From NCBI GenBank assembly GCA_002269645.1, contig NIVC01001818.1, positions 1-64,000 on the forward strand: a DNA stretch of 64,000 nucleotides. The letters are read 5' to 3'. Positions 1 through 21,409 of the stretch are shown in pieces; the stretch's first letter is position 1, and each line of letters begins with the position of its first letter. Under the pieces are notes generated by a model that was not told where the DNA came from, searched no databases, and saw only the letters and a list, made by a program, of their open reading frames with translations. This DNA comes from Macrostomum lignano (lineage: Eukaryota). A program made the position numbers and the translations under genes.

Positions 1-959
1 GGAAGGCTTCGATAATCTGGCCTATTTGCGTTAGTCTCAACAATAGTAGACAAAAATTCTGTTTACCTGTGGCAAAGCTGTTACCATTTCCTTGCTGTGT
101 TAATGGTTCATACTAAAAGATTTTTTGGTGACAATGACCTTCCTCATCTAATATTCATAACTGGTGAAAGTTCCGAGTACATTTAGATATTCCAATCTGC
201 AAAAGGTTTCGGTTTTACATGGTAAAATGATTGACAATCTACTGACAACAACAGGCCAACGCGAGGCTCTTCAGAGCGGGGCCAAAGGCGCCAGCAGTGG
301 AAAGCTGCTGACTGGCTTAAGACGCCTCACTATGGCAACCGTGCACTCGGAAGTTGAATGTAAATAGCTCTACGAGCTGCAGAGCAGCATGTAGCTCGTA
401 TTGCTTCGAATACTTTACTGCTTTAAATAATATTAGAATCTATCGCCGCCGCTGCACCTGGGACACTCTGTTCACGTTAAATAACCAATGCGTTATAGAG
501 CTTGCACGGAGGTTAATCGTGTTAGAAATTTGAATTTGTCAAACTCTTTTGGTTGGCGGGCTTGAGTGATTCGATACCTACTTTATCAATGCACGGCAAA
601 GGCGTATAGTTGCTTTTTATTATTTTTCCACTTATTTTCTAGAGAATGAACCGTTTTTTGAAATTAAGTTACGTTAGAGACTATAGATTTCTATCTTAAC
701 TTCTAGCGACCCATCTCTTATTTTTTAGCAAATGGTCATAGAATCAACATATGCATTTCATGAATGGCTTTTTGATAATAACTTCACGTTAGCACGGCGA
801 AATACATGTATTTGACCATCAGATATAAAAACAGTTTATTCAACAAGCATCATCATCAAGCATTTAATTGTCGTGTATTCCAGTGAATTTATTATATTTA
901 TATATGTTTAAATCTAACTGCTGAAAACCGCCTCCGTCTCAACCTTAACGACGATACAG

Positions 960-1523
960 ACGAGGAACCATCGGCTGCACCAGCCACCAAGTCGAAGCCG
1001 TCCGGCAGCCTGCTGTCCTCGTCTCGACTGCTCACTGGCCGGGTTCACGCCGATGGCAGCACTGTGGACTTCATGCCGGCCGGCGGTGCTGCCGGACCAT
1101 CGTCCGGGTCGACGATGATGATTCCGATGATACCCGGACCGTCGGGCGCGTCGCGAAAAGCTTCTCAAGCCTCGTCGGCTGCTCGATTTTCACCCGCATT
1201 GCCGCCGCTTTATCAGCAGCAGCAGCAAGGCACCGGGATGTCAGCCGTTGGCTCATGCGAGATTCCAGCGGTTCTCGTAGCCGCCCAGCCTGGTGACATC
1301 CGTCTCGAGGATATGCGACCGCCGGGCGAGGAGAATAATCATCCGCGGACCTTCGTCACTTGGACCGATCAGCAGTCCGGAGGCCAGTCCGGCTCATCAG
1401 CCTGGCGCAGATCGTCAACACTGATGGGCGCGTCGGGCATCGACTGCTGGCATCGATGGGCGAAAGCCTCTGGCGGCCGGTGGGCGAGACCTCAACCTGG
1501 ATCTGGAGACTCGGCCCGGTGGG
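960..1523 (+). CDS. Probable upstream ferlin linker exon (low-complexity S/G/P/Q-rich); reading frame does not join the next exon cleanly
   Basis: GC-rich open frame, CTAAC at 915-919, acceptor gatacag|960, strong donor ggg|GTAAGA at 1524. The long frame ends in phase 1 but exon 2305 needs phase 0 (see findings). Confidence 0.5.
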
Positions 1524-2304
1524 GTAAGAAACCGTAGTTTCGGCTGAAGCTGCTGTATGCCAGACAGAGTAGACATTAAAAAGATTCCCAAATGACCAGC
1601 TTGAAATTGCTCTGGACTTTTGTTTTATAATAGACTGATGTGTAAATCTCATGACAAGCGACAAACTGGCTTGGCTGTTATTTCTGTATGTACATGCATG
1701 ATCAAAACAGCAATTTGTCAATTGCCAAAGCTTGTTGCTTGTCTCAGCTATAGGAAGATATCATTGTCCCAAGATATACGCTCATTATTCCACGCTTTGA
1801 AACCATAATTTATAAGTATACTAAAATTACATCCGTGGGACAATATGTTTGTGCCCTATGTTTTGGTCAAAAACAATTAAAAATTAGTCTCGAACACTAA
1901 AACCGAAACCATAATCTACACAGAACCGTTGTTCACTGTTATGCTGTCTCACTAGTACAAAACTGTACTTATATTTTCACTTATCCATTTGCAAAGTTTC
2001 AGTGGATGAAGGAATAGAAAGAGAGGATTGTCTGGAAGAGGGTTTATGCCAATGGTCAAAGCTTCTTTTACGAGCGTCGGCCCAAGGAATTTATACTTAT
2101 TATATAGTATATTACTCGTATATTAAAACTTCCCTGAACCAGATTTCAGCTAAGTACCAGTAAAAACTGTAATTTAAGAGACAATTTTAGACACAGAGCA
2201 CTATTTTCTGACGCTTGGTCACGATCTTGTCCTATGGTTGGTTTCTCAAAAAGACCTTGCTGAGTGCCCCGTTAAATTTACCACTACACTGTTTAACTTT
2301 TCAG

Positions 2305-11889
<9,585 letters not shown>

Positions 11890-12138
11890 GTTGAGTGTAA
11901 AAGTACGTGTTCATTTTTAAATCAAATCGTGTTCATTTTTAAATAGATGTCTGCTTGTAGATGTGTAGCAGTTTGTTATCTTACGCATTAAGTCTCTATG
12001 TTTATTTGATATACAGCTTTAACTTTTGTTGCATTTTGTTTGACTATATTACATGCTTACGCTTAGCGTTTGCTCATTGTTGTCATTGTTTTTTCACGTG
12101 TTGTAAGACTGTTTAAACAAAAAATATTATGCTTTCAG

Positions 12139-12316
12139 TCGCCCAGAAACGTCATTTCTAAGCCTACTGAATCCACTGAAAGCGATTCGGCTGCTTTTGT
12201 TTAAGTATCGCTGGATACTTATCAAACTGCTGATTGTGACCCTGCTGACTGCAATAATAGTGCTATTTATCTACTCCAGTCCTGGATACATCGCGAAAAA
12301 GCTCATTGGAGCATGA
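12139..12316 (+). CDS. OTOF: Alternative duplicated terminal exon of the ferlin gene encoding a second TM anchor
   Basis: Acceptor gctttcag|12139 in the same phase 2 as exon 11709. Translates (N)RPETSFLSLLNPLKAIRLLLFKYRWILIKLLIVTLLTAIIVLFIYSSPGYIAKKLIGA*, 46/60 identical to the first terminal exon by manual alignment. Confidence 0.9.
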
Positions 12317-14374
12317 TCCAGGTAGCGATCACAATATTCTGATATTTTTATTATGCTCAAAAAGGTGTAAGAATACTTTTTCGCTGGTGTTTTAAAGTGT
12401 AGCACCAATTTGCAGGTTTTGAACTCCGAACTTCATCCTGCAAAATAAGCGTTAATATTCACTCGTCTTAAAATATCATGAGACTTTTGAACTTTTGACT
12501 ATCTATCATTTATACCTAAAAGTTTTTCGGTCGGTTAAACTTAAATCTCGTAGATCATAGAGCTGATGCTAATATCGACTGTCCTTCCTCGCCGATGGTC
12601 TGAAACAAGCCTTTTTAAACTACCTCTTCTTTTTTCAGACTCACCGATCACAGCGAGAGGACTTCTGTCATCGCAGACTCTGGCTTGCACGTTGAAAAAG
12701 CAAAGAACTTACTCTGCGTCTGTGCACTTCTTTTACTCTTCTGTGATGGAAGTCGCAATGAAACAATATTTTCATTACAAGCGATTCGATAAAAAATGTC
12801 TCATATTTTCGTTTAAAATCGTGCATGCTTTTTAACTGAACTGTTGAACTGTTCATTCGATATTGCATTTCAGAAATTTCACTCGACAAAACCTTAGTAA
12901 AATCACTTTATGTGAAGTGACTACGAAAATTTGTTCCTGAAATTTTAAGCGCTTTAACAAGATATATAAGCTTGTCTATTCTGCAAGATTTGAAGTGTAT
13001 CTTCGTCAACCATTGCCTTCAGTGCCGGTAAGATAAAACAGCAATATTGTTTGCATGTTAGCTTGTCCCGCCCATTAATTTTAATATTTAATATTATACT
13101 ATGTTACTGTACCCTTTCTCACTGTCTTTTCTTTGTTTTAACCGCAGCTTGCGTTAAAACTTTTGTTTTAATATTATCTAATCATTGCTTTGTATCTTAT
13201 CGGATAGCTGAGACGGCTAACGAAATCACATTGTTTGGTTCAGTTAGCTAATAAGTATTTTACAAATCAATTAATATAATCTTGAGCGCCCAAACTCTGA
13301 AAGTGAGTCGTCTGAAAATGCTGAATTGTTTACAAATATAATACGAGCGTACGTCGAACTTTTCACGTTTACCGTGTCAGGTGTAGCAGCTTGAAGACAT
13401 AGGTAAATCCCAAATAGACATTCTTATGCGCCAAGCTTTTGACTTTCAATAAATACTTTCTCGCAAATAGTTCGTACTGCTGAAAATTGGATTTGCTAAA
13501 TATTTTAGTCAAGTTTTCTTCGACTGTTAACTTTATCTCTCGGAAGGTTTTGTCGGTGTAAATAATCTTGAACTGGTGTACTTGGATCTATAACAAACTT
13601 TTTAGAATTGCAATACTATGACTCTGTTCGCATGCAAAAGCGCTAAATACTTAAAGTTGGCTGCTTCTTTAACTTGTAACCTCCCGAAATTTCCACGCAT
13701 ATTTTCCTAATCTTGTTTTACTAAGCCGCGGGAATATTTTTTCTGTCTAGACGCAAACGCTGATAATTTCTCCTTTATTATTCATTCAATGAAATGCAGT
13801 TTATGCATAAATATAAGTCTGGTGTGATATTTATTTTTCTGCTTTCTGTCTCATTGCTACATAAAATCATTCGTTTGTCTACTTTTCCAACAATCTGTTC
13901 CATTGCCCCGAGTTCATTTTAGGTCAAGCTTAGCTAGAGAAACTTCTCAGAAAAAACTTAGTGGTTTTCTGCACTGAGAGCTGACCATTTCCGAAAGATT
14001 TAGCATCCTGAATTTAAGCATTGTTTTCTTGCTTTTTTCGCTTCGGCTATGAAAGCACCGAGATACGTACAATACTAACATGCTTAGTGAGTGACCACAG
14101 GAGAGAATAATGCGCATGCATAAAGCGAATGAGTTTGAGAAAGGGACAGGAGAGCTGCTCGTAAATAAGCATATTCCTCCGCTCATTGTAATGCAACTAT
14201 TGCCGTACAAGGCTTGTTAGTATCATTGATTCTACTACAATTTAATGCGTGGCAGCATCGGGCTACATAAGCGAGCAATTTCAAAAACTCTAAAAACAAT
14301 TTTTGCCTGCTTCACATGAATTCGACATGAATGATTCAAAACGTCTCATACTAGCAGCTGGTGAGAGTGTATCC

Positions 14375-17300
14375 ATGCTGCTGCTGCTACTGCTGCTGCT
14401 GCCAACAGTAGCCTGGAGCGCTAAACCGGCTTCCGAGCCTGGCCTACGCGGCGATCCAGCCTGGCTGTCCATACAATGCACCAACCAAAGCAAGACCGGT
14501 CCCGCCGTCTGCGCCTGTACGAAAGCTACTCGCAGCGAGGCCATCTGTCGTCTGGTGGCGGGGCATCAGGTCCCAGCTGATCAGCTGCCCTGCACAGATA
14601 TTAGTCCAACTAAGCTCAGCAGCTTGAAGATTGATTGCAACAATTTTAGCGCCTGCACCAATCTGCACCTACATAGCTTAGTTCGCCGTTCGAGTCTGCT
14701 TCGCCTGGAGATCACCGGCTGCCAGCTTGACGAAGTCGACGAGGCCGAACCGTTGGACAGAAGCAATTTCGTTCTAATCAACGATGGAAGTGAAAAAATT
14801 ACGGGCTCTGCTGGGTTTATTTCCAGCCATGGCAACAAGTCGACTAGCGATGTGAAAAAATTTGGCTGCTCGTTGCACAGTCTGCACATCAGGGACTCCG
14901 ATTTGAGGCTGCCGAATTGGCTGCTGCAGAACTGTCCAAGTATCTGTAGCATTCATATCGTTAAGTCCAGGCTTCGGGTAAGAATTTTTGAACTACGGGC
15001 GTATGAGTTTTATAAAGACAAATTTAACTGAAGGCATTGAGTCTTGTTTTTCACATATAGCTGTACGTGTTATTTGGTAAGTTACAAGGCTAAGTAAGCT
15101 AATTCGTAATTGTCAGAACTATTCATAATCATAGAATATACATTTTCAACTTCTAATTCGTCAAAAATGAGTTCGAATTTGCCAGCCATGCCTAGTGCCT
15201 AGTGCCTAGTACAAACATACCCATAGAGCCTTTGTATTTTTAAAAAAAAAATTAGCGATTACGGTATCAGGGGGGTGTTTCTCGAAACTCACGTAAGTTC
15301 TATGGTAAGTTAGATCGTAAGAAAGAAATTTACATGTAACGTAAGTTTGCTCGTAAGACGCTTTCTCAAAACTCACTTAGACTTTGCGTGGCTTACGCTG
15401 TTCGTAAGTCGTATCTGAAACGAAAATTTGCATGTCTATGGTCATAAATCTGCAAATATCTTTACTTAGTCTATCGTAAGTTGCTTTCGAGAAAGACCCA
15501 CCTTTGATAAAGTTTAACTTGACTTGGCTTTACTAAAGCTTCACGTACTATGCGATTAGTGCTCAAGTGCGTCTTACGACTGATACCGAGCAGTCGTAGG
15601 GTTAAGATCAACCTTACGAAAGACCACAGACATACGTACGTTTCGAGAAACAGTCTTTTGCGCAAAGTTACGAACTCGTAAAGTTGCGATCAATCTTACG
15701 CATAGCTAACTTGCGAGCCCTTCGAGCAACCCGTAAGTGTAGCTTACCCAACTTACGTCTATGGTCGATCTTAAGTTGCTTTCGAGAAAGAACCCCCAGG
15801 TCAGTAGCTTGTGCGCGGATCAAGATTTTTTTAAGGCATAAAATACCATTGCTTATTTCATCGTTAAAAAATTGTACTATTCTGAGCCGGGAATGTGTTG
15901 TCTGTGGTAATTTTTAACAAAAACTAGGATATTATATCATATAATCTCCTCGAAATCAGGAGCAATCAAATTTAATATATGATAAACGCCGTTTAATTCA
16001 TCATAGTCTATGGTTAGAATGTCCGAGGCTGCGTTTAATGGTCTCGAGGCGAGCATAGCGTTTAATGGTCTCGAGGCGAGCGTAGCGAGCTGAGGACCAT
16101 TGTTTAGCAATTTGACGATCATTATTCACATTTTTAATGCAGAACAATCCATTACTACGCTCGTAGAAACAATGCATTGTCTGTAGGATCGTCAAACAGA
16201 AAAACAATGCAAAGAATCAGCGGTCGCAGCACGTGACAACGATTTGTCTATGGCTCGCGCCTCTATGGACCGCTGATTATTTATCCATTGATTGCAGCCT
16301 CGGACATTCTAACCATAGAATGTGAATTAAACGGCGTTTATTATTTACATATATAGCTATTTTCTTGCAAATGTGTATTTCACTTGAACCAGCGAATGAA
16401 AAACCATTTTTTAAACGAAACAGTTAAACATCTAAACGAAATACAAGAAACTATAAACATCAGAAAGTTTCAACGAGTTGTACAGCTAGATGTTGGACAT
16501 CATCAATTTTTGGTGGTGACAATTTACATGTGCATGTGTGCTGCAGCCCTGAACACAGCTGCAGCTCCTCGAATTCACCGCTATTTTGCCAATTTTTTAT
16601 AGCAAAGCGCAAGGAAGCAAGGACTGGTGAACTTTGTGTCTGTTGCGAATACTTAGGCAAAAATATGTCTATGTCCCTTTAAGCTACTGACCTCAGAGTT
16701 GTCTCTAAGGCTGTCGGCTTAATTAAATTTTTCTTGCAATTTGCGGGGTCGGTCTTTTCTTATTGAACGCATTGAGAGTGGCCTATCTAGGGAATATAAG
16801 ATCTATGGTTTGGGTAGAGTAGAAAAAATGACTTCGAATCAAGGACGAGCCTCATACTTTTTTCGCCATGAATTGGTTCGTTTCCGGTCCTGAGTTATCA
16901 AGTTGTCCTTGCTTCGAATTTGACGAAGTGAGGGAATTCGTCAGCTAAGATATGCCGCGTCTATGGCAAAATCCGATACCGCAAGTATCTGAAACATTGT
17001 CACAATGAGTGAAATTCGTCAACACAAATGCTCAAAACTTTACTGCTGGCGCCAATTTTATAAAGCATAGATAACAGATATTTAGCCACGGGTAACGGCT
17101 AAAAGACATGTGCGGGTTTTATAAACACACTGGTAGCTAACCAGGATAATCCATACTCCGGCTATTGAGGACGACGGAGTAAAGTAATAGTCTATGGCAA
17201 AACTAGTCTAACCACGGATTGTAACCGTGGATAAAAAAGACGCAGATTTTAGCAGTGGTTTATAAAATCGATTTTTTTACCATAGATAAAATCCACGGAT

Positions 17301-20300
17301 AATTAATCCACGGGTAGCTGACATGGATTAAAGTGATTATAAAATTGGCCCCTGGGGTGGGACTAATCATGTGTCTACCGCAAAAGGCTGAGCAAAGTGG
17401 CTTCAAATTCGAGTAACTGTTTGACGAATTTGAAGTTTAAAAGGTATAGCTAATACAAGTATTGTGCTTTTTTCAGCTTTTAAACGCATCGGATTTAGTT
17501 CAAGATATGTTTCCCGATATAATGGAACTTTTGTCTATGATAGCAATTAAGGATGCCATCAGCATCATTTACTTTGGTCCAACAAGCATCAATTCGGTCC
17601 ATAGTTTCACCCCTATACTGCAGTGAATATGAAAGCAATGATTTATTCGTAACTGCGGAGGAGGAGCAAGAGTATTCCCAGAATCGTGAACCATATGTTA
17701 GACTGTCGAACAAACGCCAAGGGCTTGTGATCGAAGCGCAGTTTTGACCATGCTAAAATGCTTTTTTATTTGTTGTAGTTTAAGTTGATCAGATTGTATT
17801 TTTGACGTCTTGTTTCATTGGTACAGCGAAATTTGCTCAAAAAAATTAATTGTTTAGCAATTTGACGATCATTATGCGCATTTTTTATGCAGAACAATAC
17901 ATTACTACAAACAATGCATTGGATAAATCGCCAGACAATCGTTGTCACGCACTGGGACCGCTGATTCTTTGCATTGTTTTTCTGTTTGACGATCCTACAG
18001 ACAATGCATTGTTTGTAGCAATGGATTGTTCTGCATTAAAAATGTGAATAATGATCGTCAAATTGCTAAACAATGTTTTTAGGATCGTCAAACAGAAAAA
18101 CAATGCAAAGAATCAGCAGTCGCAGCACGTGACAACGATTTGTCTATGGCTCGCGCCGCGGGCGTTAATGAAAAATCCTCGGGCGCCTAACTGCGCCCTC
18201 TGATTTTCCCATTAACGCTACCGGCGCTCGCCAGACAATCGTTGTCACACACTGAGACCGCTGATTATTTATCCATTGTATAGCTGTAACTCATGATTGG
18301 GTTTCATAATATCTAATGGTCCAAGCTGTTGCTTGTTGGACCAAATTAAATGCTGCTGTGCAAGCCTTGTTACCTCGGACAAAATCTCCATTCTTTTCGC
18401 AAACGTATCTCTGATTAAATTTAATGCGCGTAAGCTCAAATGGACAGCAAAAAGTTATATTTATCAGCAGTTTACTTCGATGTTATTAATTGCCATTTTC
18501 ACACAGTTTTTATATTAATTTTGCTTCCCTGATTAAATTCTCCTCTATAAATTTTATTCTGAAAAATCAGGATCTAACTGAAATGGACGTATTAGCCATA
18601 TCAGCATCTGAGGTTGTAGTACTTTCGGGTTGTGAAATGTTCTACTTTGGTGAAGGTCTCGACGACCGAGCGATCGCCGGTATGAACGAACAACCTCTTA
18701 AATTAGAATGTCTCGGCAAACGGTGCTCCAATTTTACCACCCGAGCCAAGGAAATCATCGATTCAATGATCCAAGCAAGCGGAGCTGTCACAGACATTCG
18801 AGCTCTGTACTACGCGATGGAGATGAGCACTGTCGAGTTCCGCCTAATTCTAGGCAAAACTGTCCGTGACCTGCACAAGGCGAATCCGCTGCACAGTTTG
18901 GACTTGTCGAATAATCACCTTACTGTCATTCCCAGCTGCATATCGATGATGAGCGATTTGAACACGCTAAACTTAAGCAATAATGGGATTAAGGACTTGT
19001 ACGACGTGTCCGGTTGCTGGGGAGGACCTCCCACCGGCATACCCTTGTCCATAAAGGAGAAAACAAAGCGCCAATGCTATTGGTTTTGGTCATCCAGAAA
19101 ATCCTTGCGTGTTCTTGATCTTTCCCACAATTTAATAGAATATCTCGGCCAAGTGGAGCCTTGGTATCAGGTAAGTTATCTACTTTGGTTGACTGAATAT
19201 AGTTGCTTTTTTTGAACAGTTTTAACGGTAAACTTTTAACAAATCAATTCAGGTTAATCTGGAGACTCTGGATCTCTCCTACAACAGATTGGCTATCTTA
19301 GGCACCGACTCATTTACGGGAAGCCTGGCATCAAGTTTGAACAATATCTTCATTCAAAACAACCATTTGAAGACAGTAAATCTTACCTGTTTAAGCAAGG
19401 CTATCCGAATCAATGCTGCGAATAATCAAATTTCTTGTATAAAAAGGGACACTCTGCCGAGCTCGAGAAGCATGAGGTCAATTCATTTGGAAGGCAATCT
19501 AATATCTTCCATAGCTTCATCCGTGTTTACTAATTATCCCATTCTTGAGGAAGTTGATCTCAGCAAAAATATGCTTGAATACATGCCATTCCACAGCTTT
19601 AAAACGACACAACGAGACGCCCCATCCAATCGAGTTGAAGTAAGCATAGCTAAACAGAAGACTACCATTGTGTGCAACTGTCAGCACTTCTTTCTTAGTA
19701 CAATGCTGGAAGAGCAGAGCGACAATCATACGTACGAAATGTCAACTATTGCCACTAAGGAGAGGCAGAAAACCGAATGCCGGCTACTCCCGAGAAGCCT
19801 GGGGGGTCGACGCAACGTTACTAAGACGTTTGCAGCTCTGCATTTGAATGATTTCGGATGCAAGCTTCGCGACTCTAGTAAAATTGAGCTGCCAGTGTCG
19901 GTTTGCAAACGAAAAAATGGAACTTGCATTGGTAAATGCAACCCTAAGTGCTATTGCTGGTCGAATGCCATCAAAATTATAATGAACTGCTCAGTCCATG
20001 GAATACCGAACTCGGCTAGAAATATTCCTATGCCTATAACTGTGCTCGACTTTTCGCACATGACGACCAGCTTTATTCAGGCCTTTTGCAACGACACCAT
20101 CACCTGGAAATTTGATGAAGATCGATTCAGCCTGAAAGAATTCAGAGCCCAGCAAAGCAATATAGTTACTATTGCAGACTATGCATTCGCCAAGACACCT
20201 GAAGTGACCAAAATAATTGTTCCTCACAACAGAATAAAACAGCTAAACGAACGCACATTTGCTGGTCTGGAGCATTCGCTAAACCATCTCGACCTCCGTC

Positions 20301-21409
20301 ATAACAACTTGACAATGGTGTCTGTCAAACGTGTATTCGACCCCCTGTTAGCTTTAGGAACTGTAGAGCTTTTCGGCAACCCCTTCGTATGTGGCTGTTC
20401 TCCCATCCATTTAAACTACCTTAAAGAAATGGCTCAATACGATGGAGTCAAGAGTGTCATTAATGACTATAGACAGCTAACTTGCAACTTAACGGATGAA
20501 TTCGTCACAGATTTCAACTTCTACAACCTCTCTTTCGTCAACACCAATTTCACATTATCTAGCTTCCCAATGCATAGTGTAACTTTGCTCAAAAAAATGT
20601 GCAAAGAAATCGACAAGCAAAAGGCTCAGTTAAAACTTAAAATACTACAGACAGCTTTGAGCACGATAGGCATCGCTGCTGGTCTTATTATAACGGCGCT
20701 TCTTGTGCGTCGGCGGCACTTTGTTCAAAGCATGATTATGCACGTCGTCATAACCCACCTAGTGAAGCCTCGACGCTATCGAGGAGACGAAAGTTTTCAC
20801 GTATTTTTCTATTTCGACGACAGCGACAGCGATATTGCATCGGAAATATTGAAACATCTAAATAAGCCGCCCACGGAGATCCCCGGAAGCAGAGGCATTG
20901 TGGTACGCCATTCAGGCGAGCAAGCGCCATCAGAAGAACTGGCAACTAAAGCTGAGTCCATTCCCTATTTTGTACAGAGAAGCGTTAAGGTCTTGGTTCT
21001 GCTATCAACAGAACTGATGCAAAGCAACACCAATGAAATTCGGCTGATCACGGGAGAACTAGGAAACCTTAGAATGGCAAGGGATCTCATTTTGATCACT
21101 GCTGACAGGCAGGACGAAATGAAGATGCAACTGTCCCATCTGCAAGAAACTTTCCGAACCAACCAGGAGCGCAAGGGCATGGAGTTGTGGATGCGCCTCT
21201 TGACTCGGGGGCACACAATTCGATACGGCAGTAGGGATTGGCAGTACCACCTTATGAATAAGATTCTGCGTGGTCTGCCTTGGCTGCCCAGGTCTTTTGT
21301 ACCGAACCATGGAGGTGTTAATGAATTCGATTCGCTTCTGCTGAAAAATTCTTCTGGTTACGATGAGCTGGAGATGAGTGGCCACAGGCCTCTCTTAAAC
21401 ACATTCTAA
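14375..21409 (+). CDS. Toll-like receptor, multiple-cysteine-cluster type: signal peptide, LRRs, LRRCT/LRRNT, LRRs, LRRCT, TM, divergent TIR-like domain (about 1119 aa)
   Basis: Exons 14375-14977, 18571-19170, 19253-21409, all phase 0 GT-AG. Signal peptide MLLLLLLLLPTVAWS. LRRs: LHSLDLSNNHL, LNTLNLSNNGI, LRVLDLSHNLI, LETLDLSYNRL, LEEVDLSKNML, LNHLDLRHNNL. Internal IVCNC..C and CNPKCYC..C clusters; GNPFVCGC LRRCT; TM TALSTIGIAAGLIITALLV; TIR-like FHVFFYFDDSD...VQRSVKVLVLLS. An upstream in-frame ATG at 14327 is possible. Confidence 0.85.
15271..15796. mobile_element. PIF/Harbinger-like MITE in TLR intron 1
   Basis: 18-bp TIRs GGGGGTGTTTCTCGAAAC / GGGGTTCTTTCTCGAAAG (15/18 match), 3-bp TSD CAG on both sides, many internal CTTACG/CGTAAG subterminal motifs and an internal TIR copy near 15481-15500. 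Confidence 0.75.
15982..16341. mobile_element. Foldback/MITE-like element in TLR intron 1
   Basis: IRs ATAAACGCCGTTTAATTCA (15982-16000 / 16323-16341) and a perfect 25-bp CTATGGTTAGAATGTCCGAGGCTGC (16008-16032 / 16294-16318); 27-bp tandem duplication at 16031-16084. No clear TSD. Confidence 0.6.
17049..17351. mobile_element. PIF/Harbinger-like MITE in TLR intron 1
   Basis: TIRs GCGCCAATTTTATAA / GGGCCAATTTTATAA (14/15 match) with 3-bp TSD CTG (17046-17048, 17352-17354). Confidence 0.75.
17849..18290. repeat. Rearranged inverted copies of the 16100-16290 sequence (nested palindromes)
   Basis: Arms 17849-17920 and 18002-18074 are near-perfect inverted repeats; about 17956-17997 is inverted relative to about 18080-18120; both segments also occur at 16100-16290. 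Confidence 0.7.

Noticed and set aside
2003-2160. Possible bridging ferlin exon (VDEGIEREDCLEEG...)
   Set aside because: The phase-1 acceptor fits, but no convincing phase-0 donor exists before the stop at about 2160; left as an unresolved alternative to the frameshift hypothesis.
12566-12889. Short ORFs and splice-like signals after the ferlin gene
   Set aside because: No consistent exon structure or protein motif; probably UTR or intergenic.
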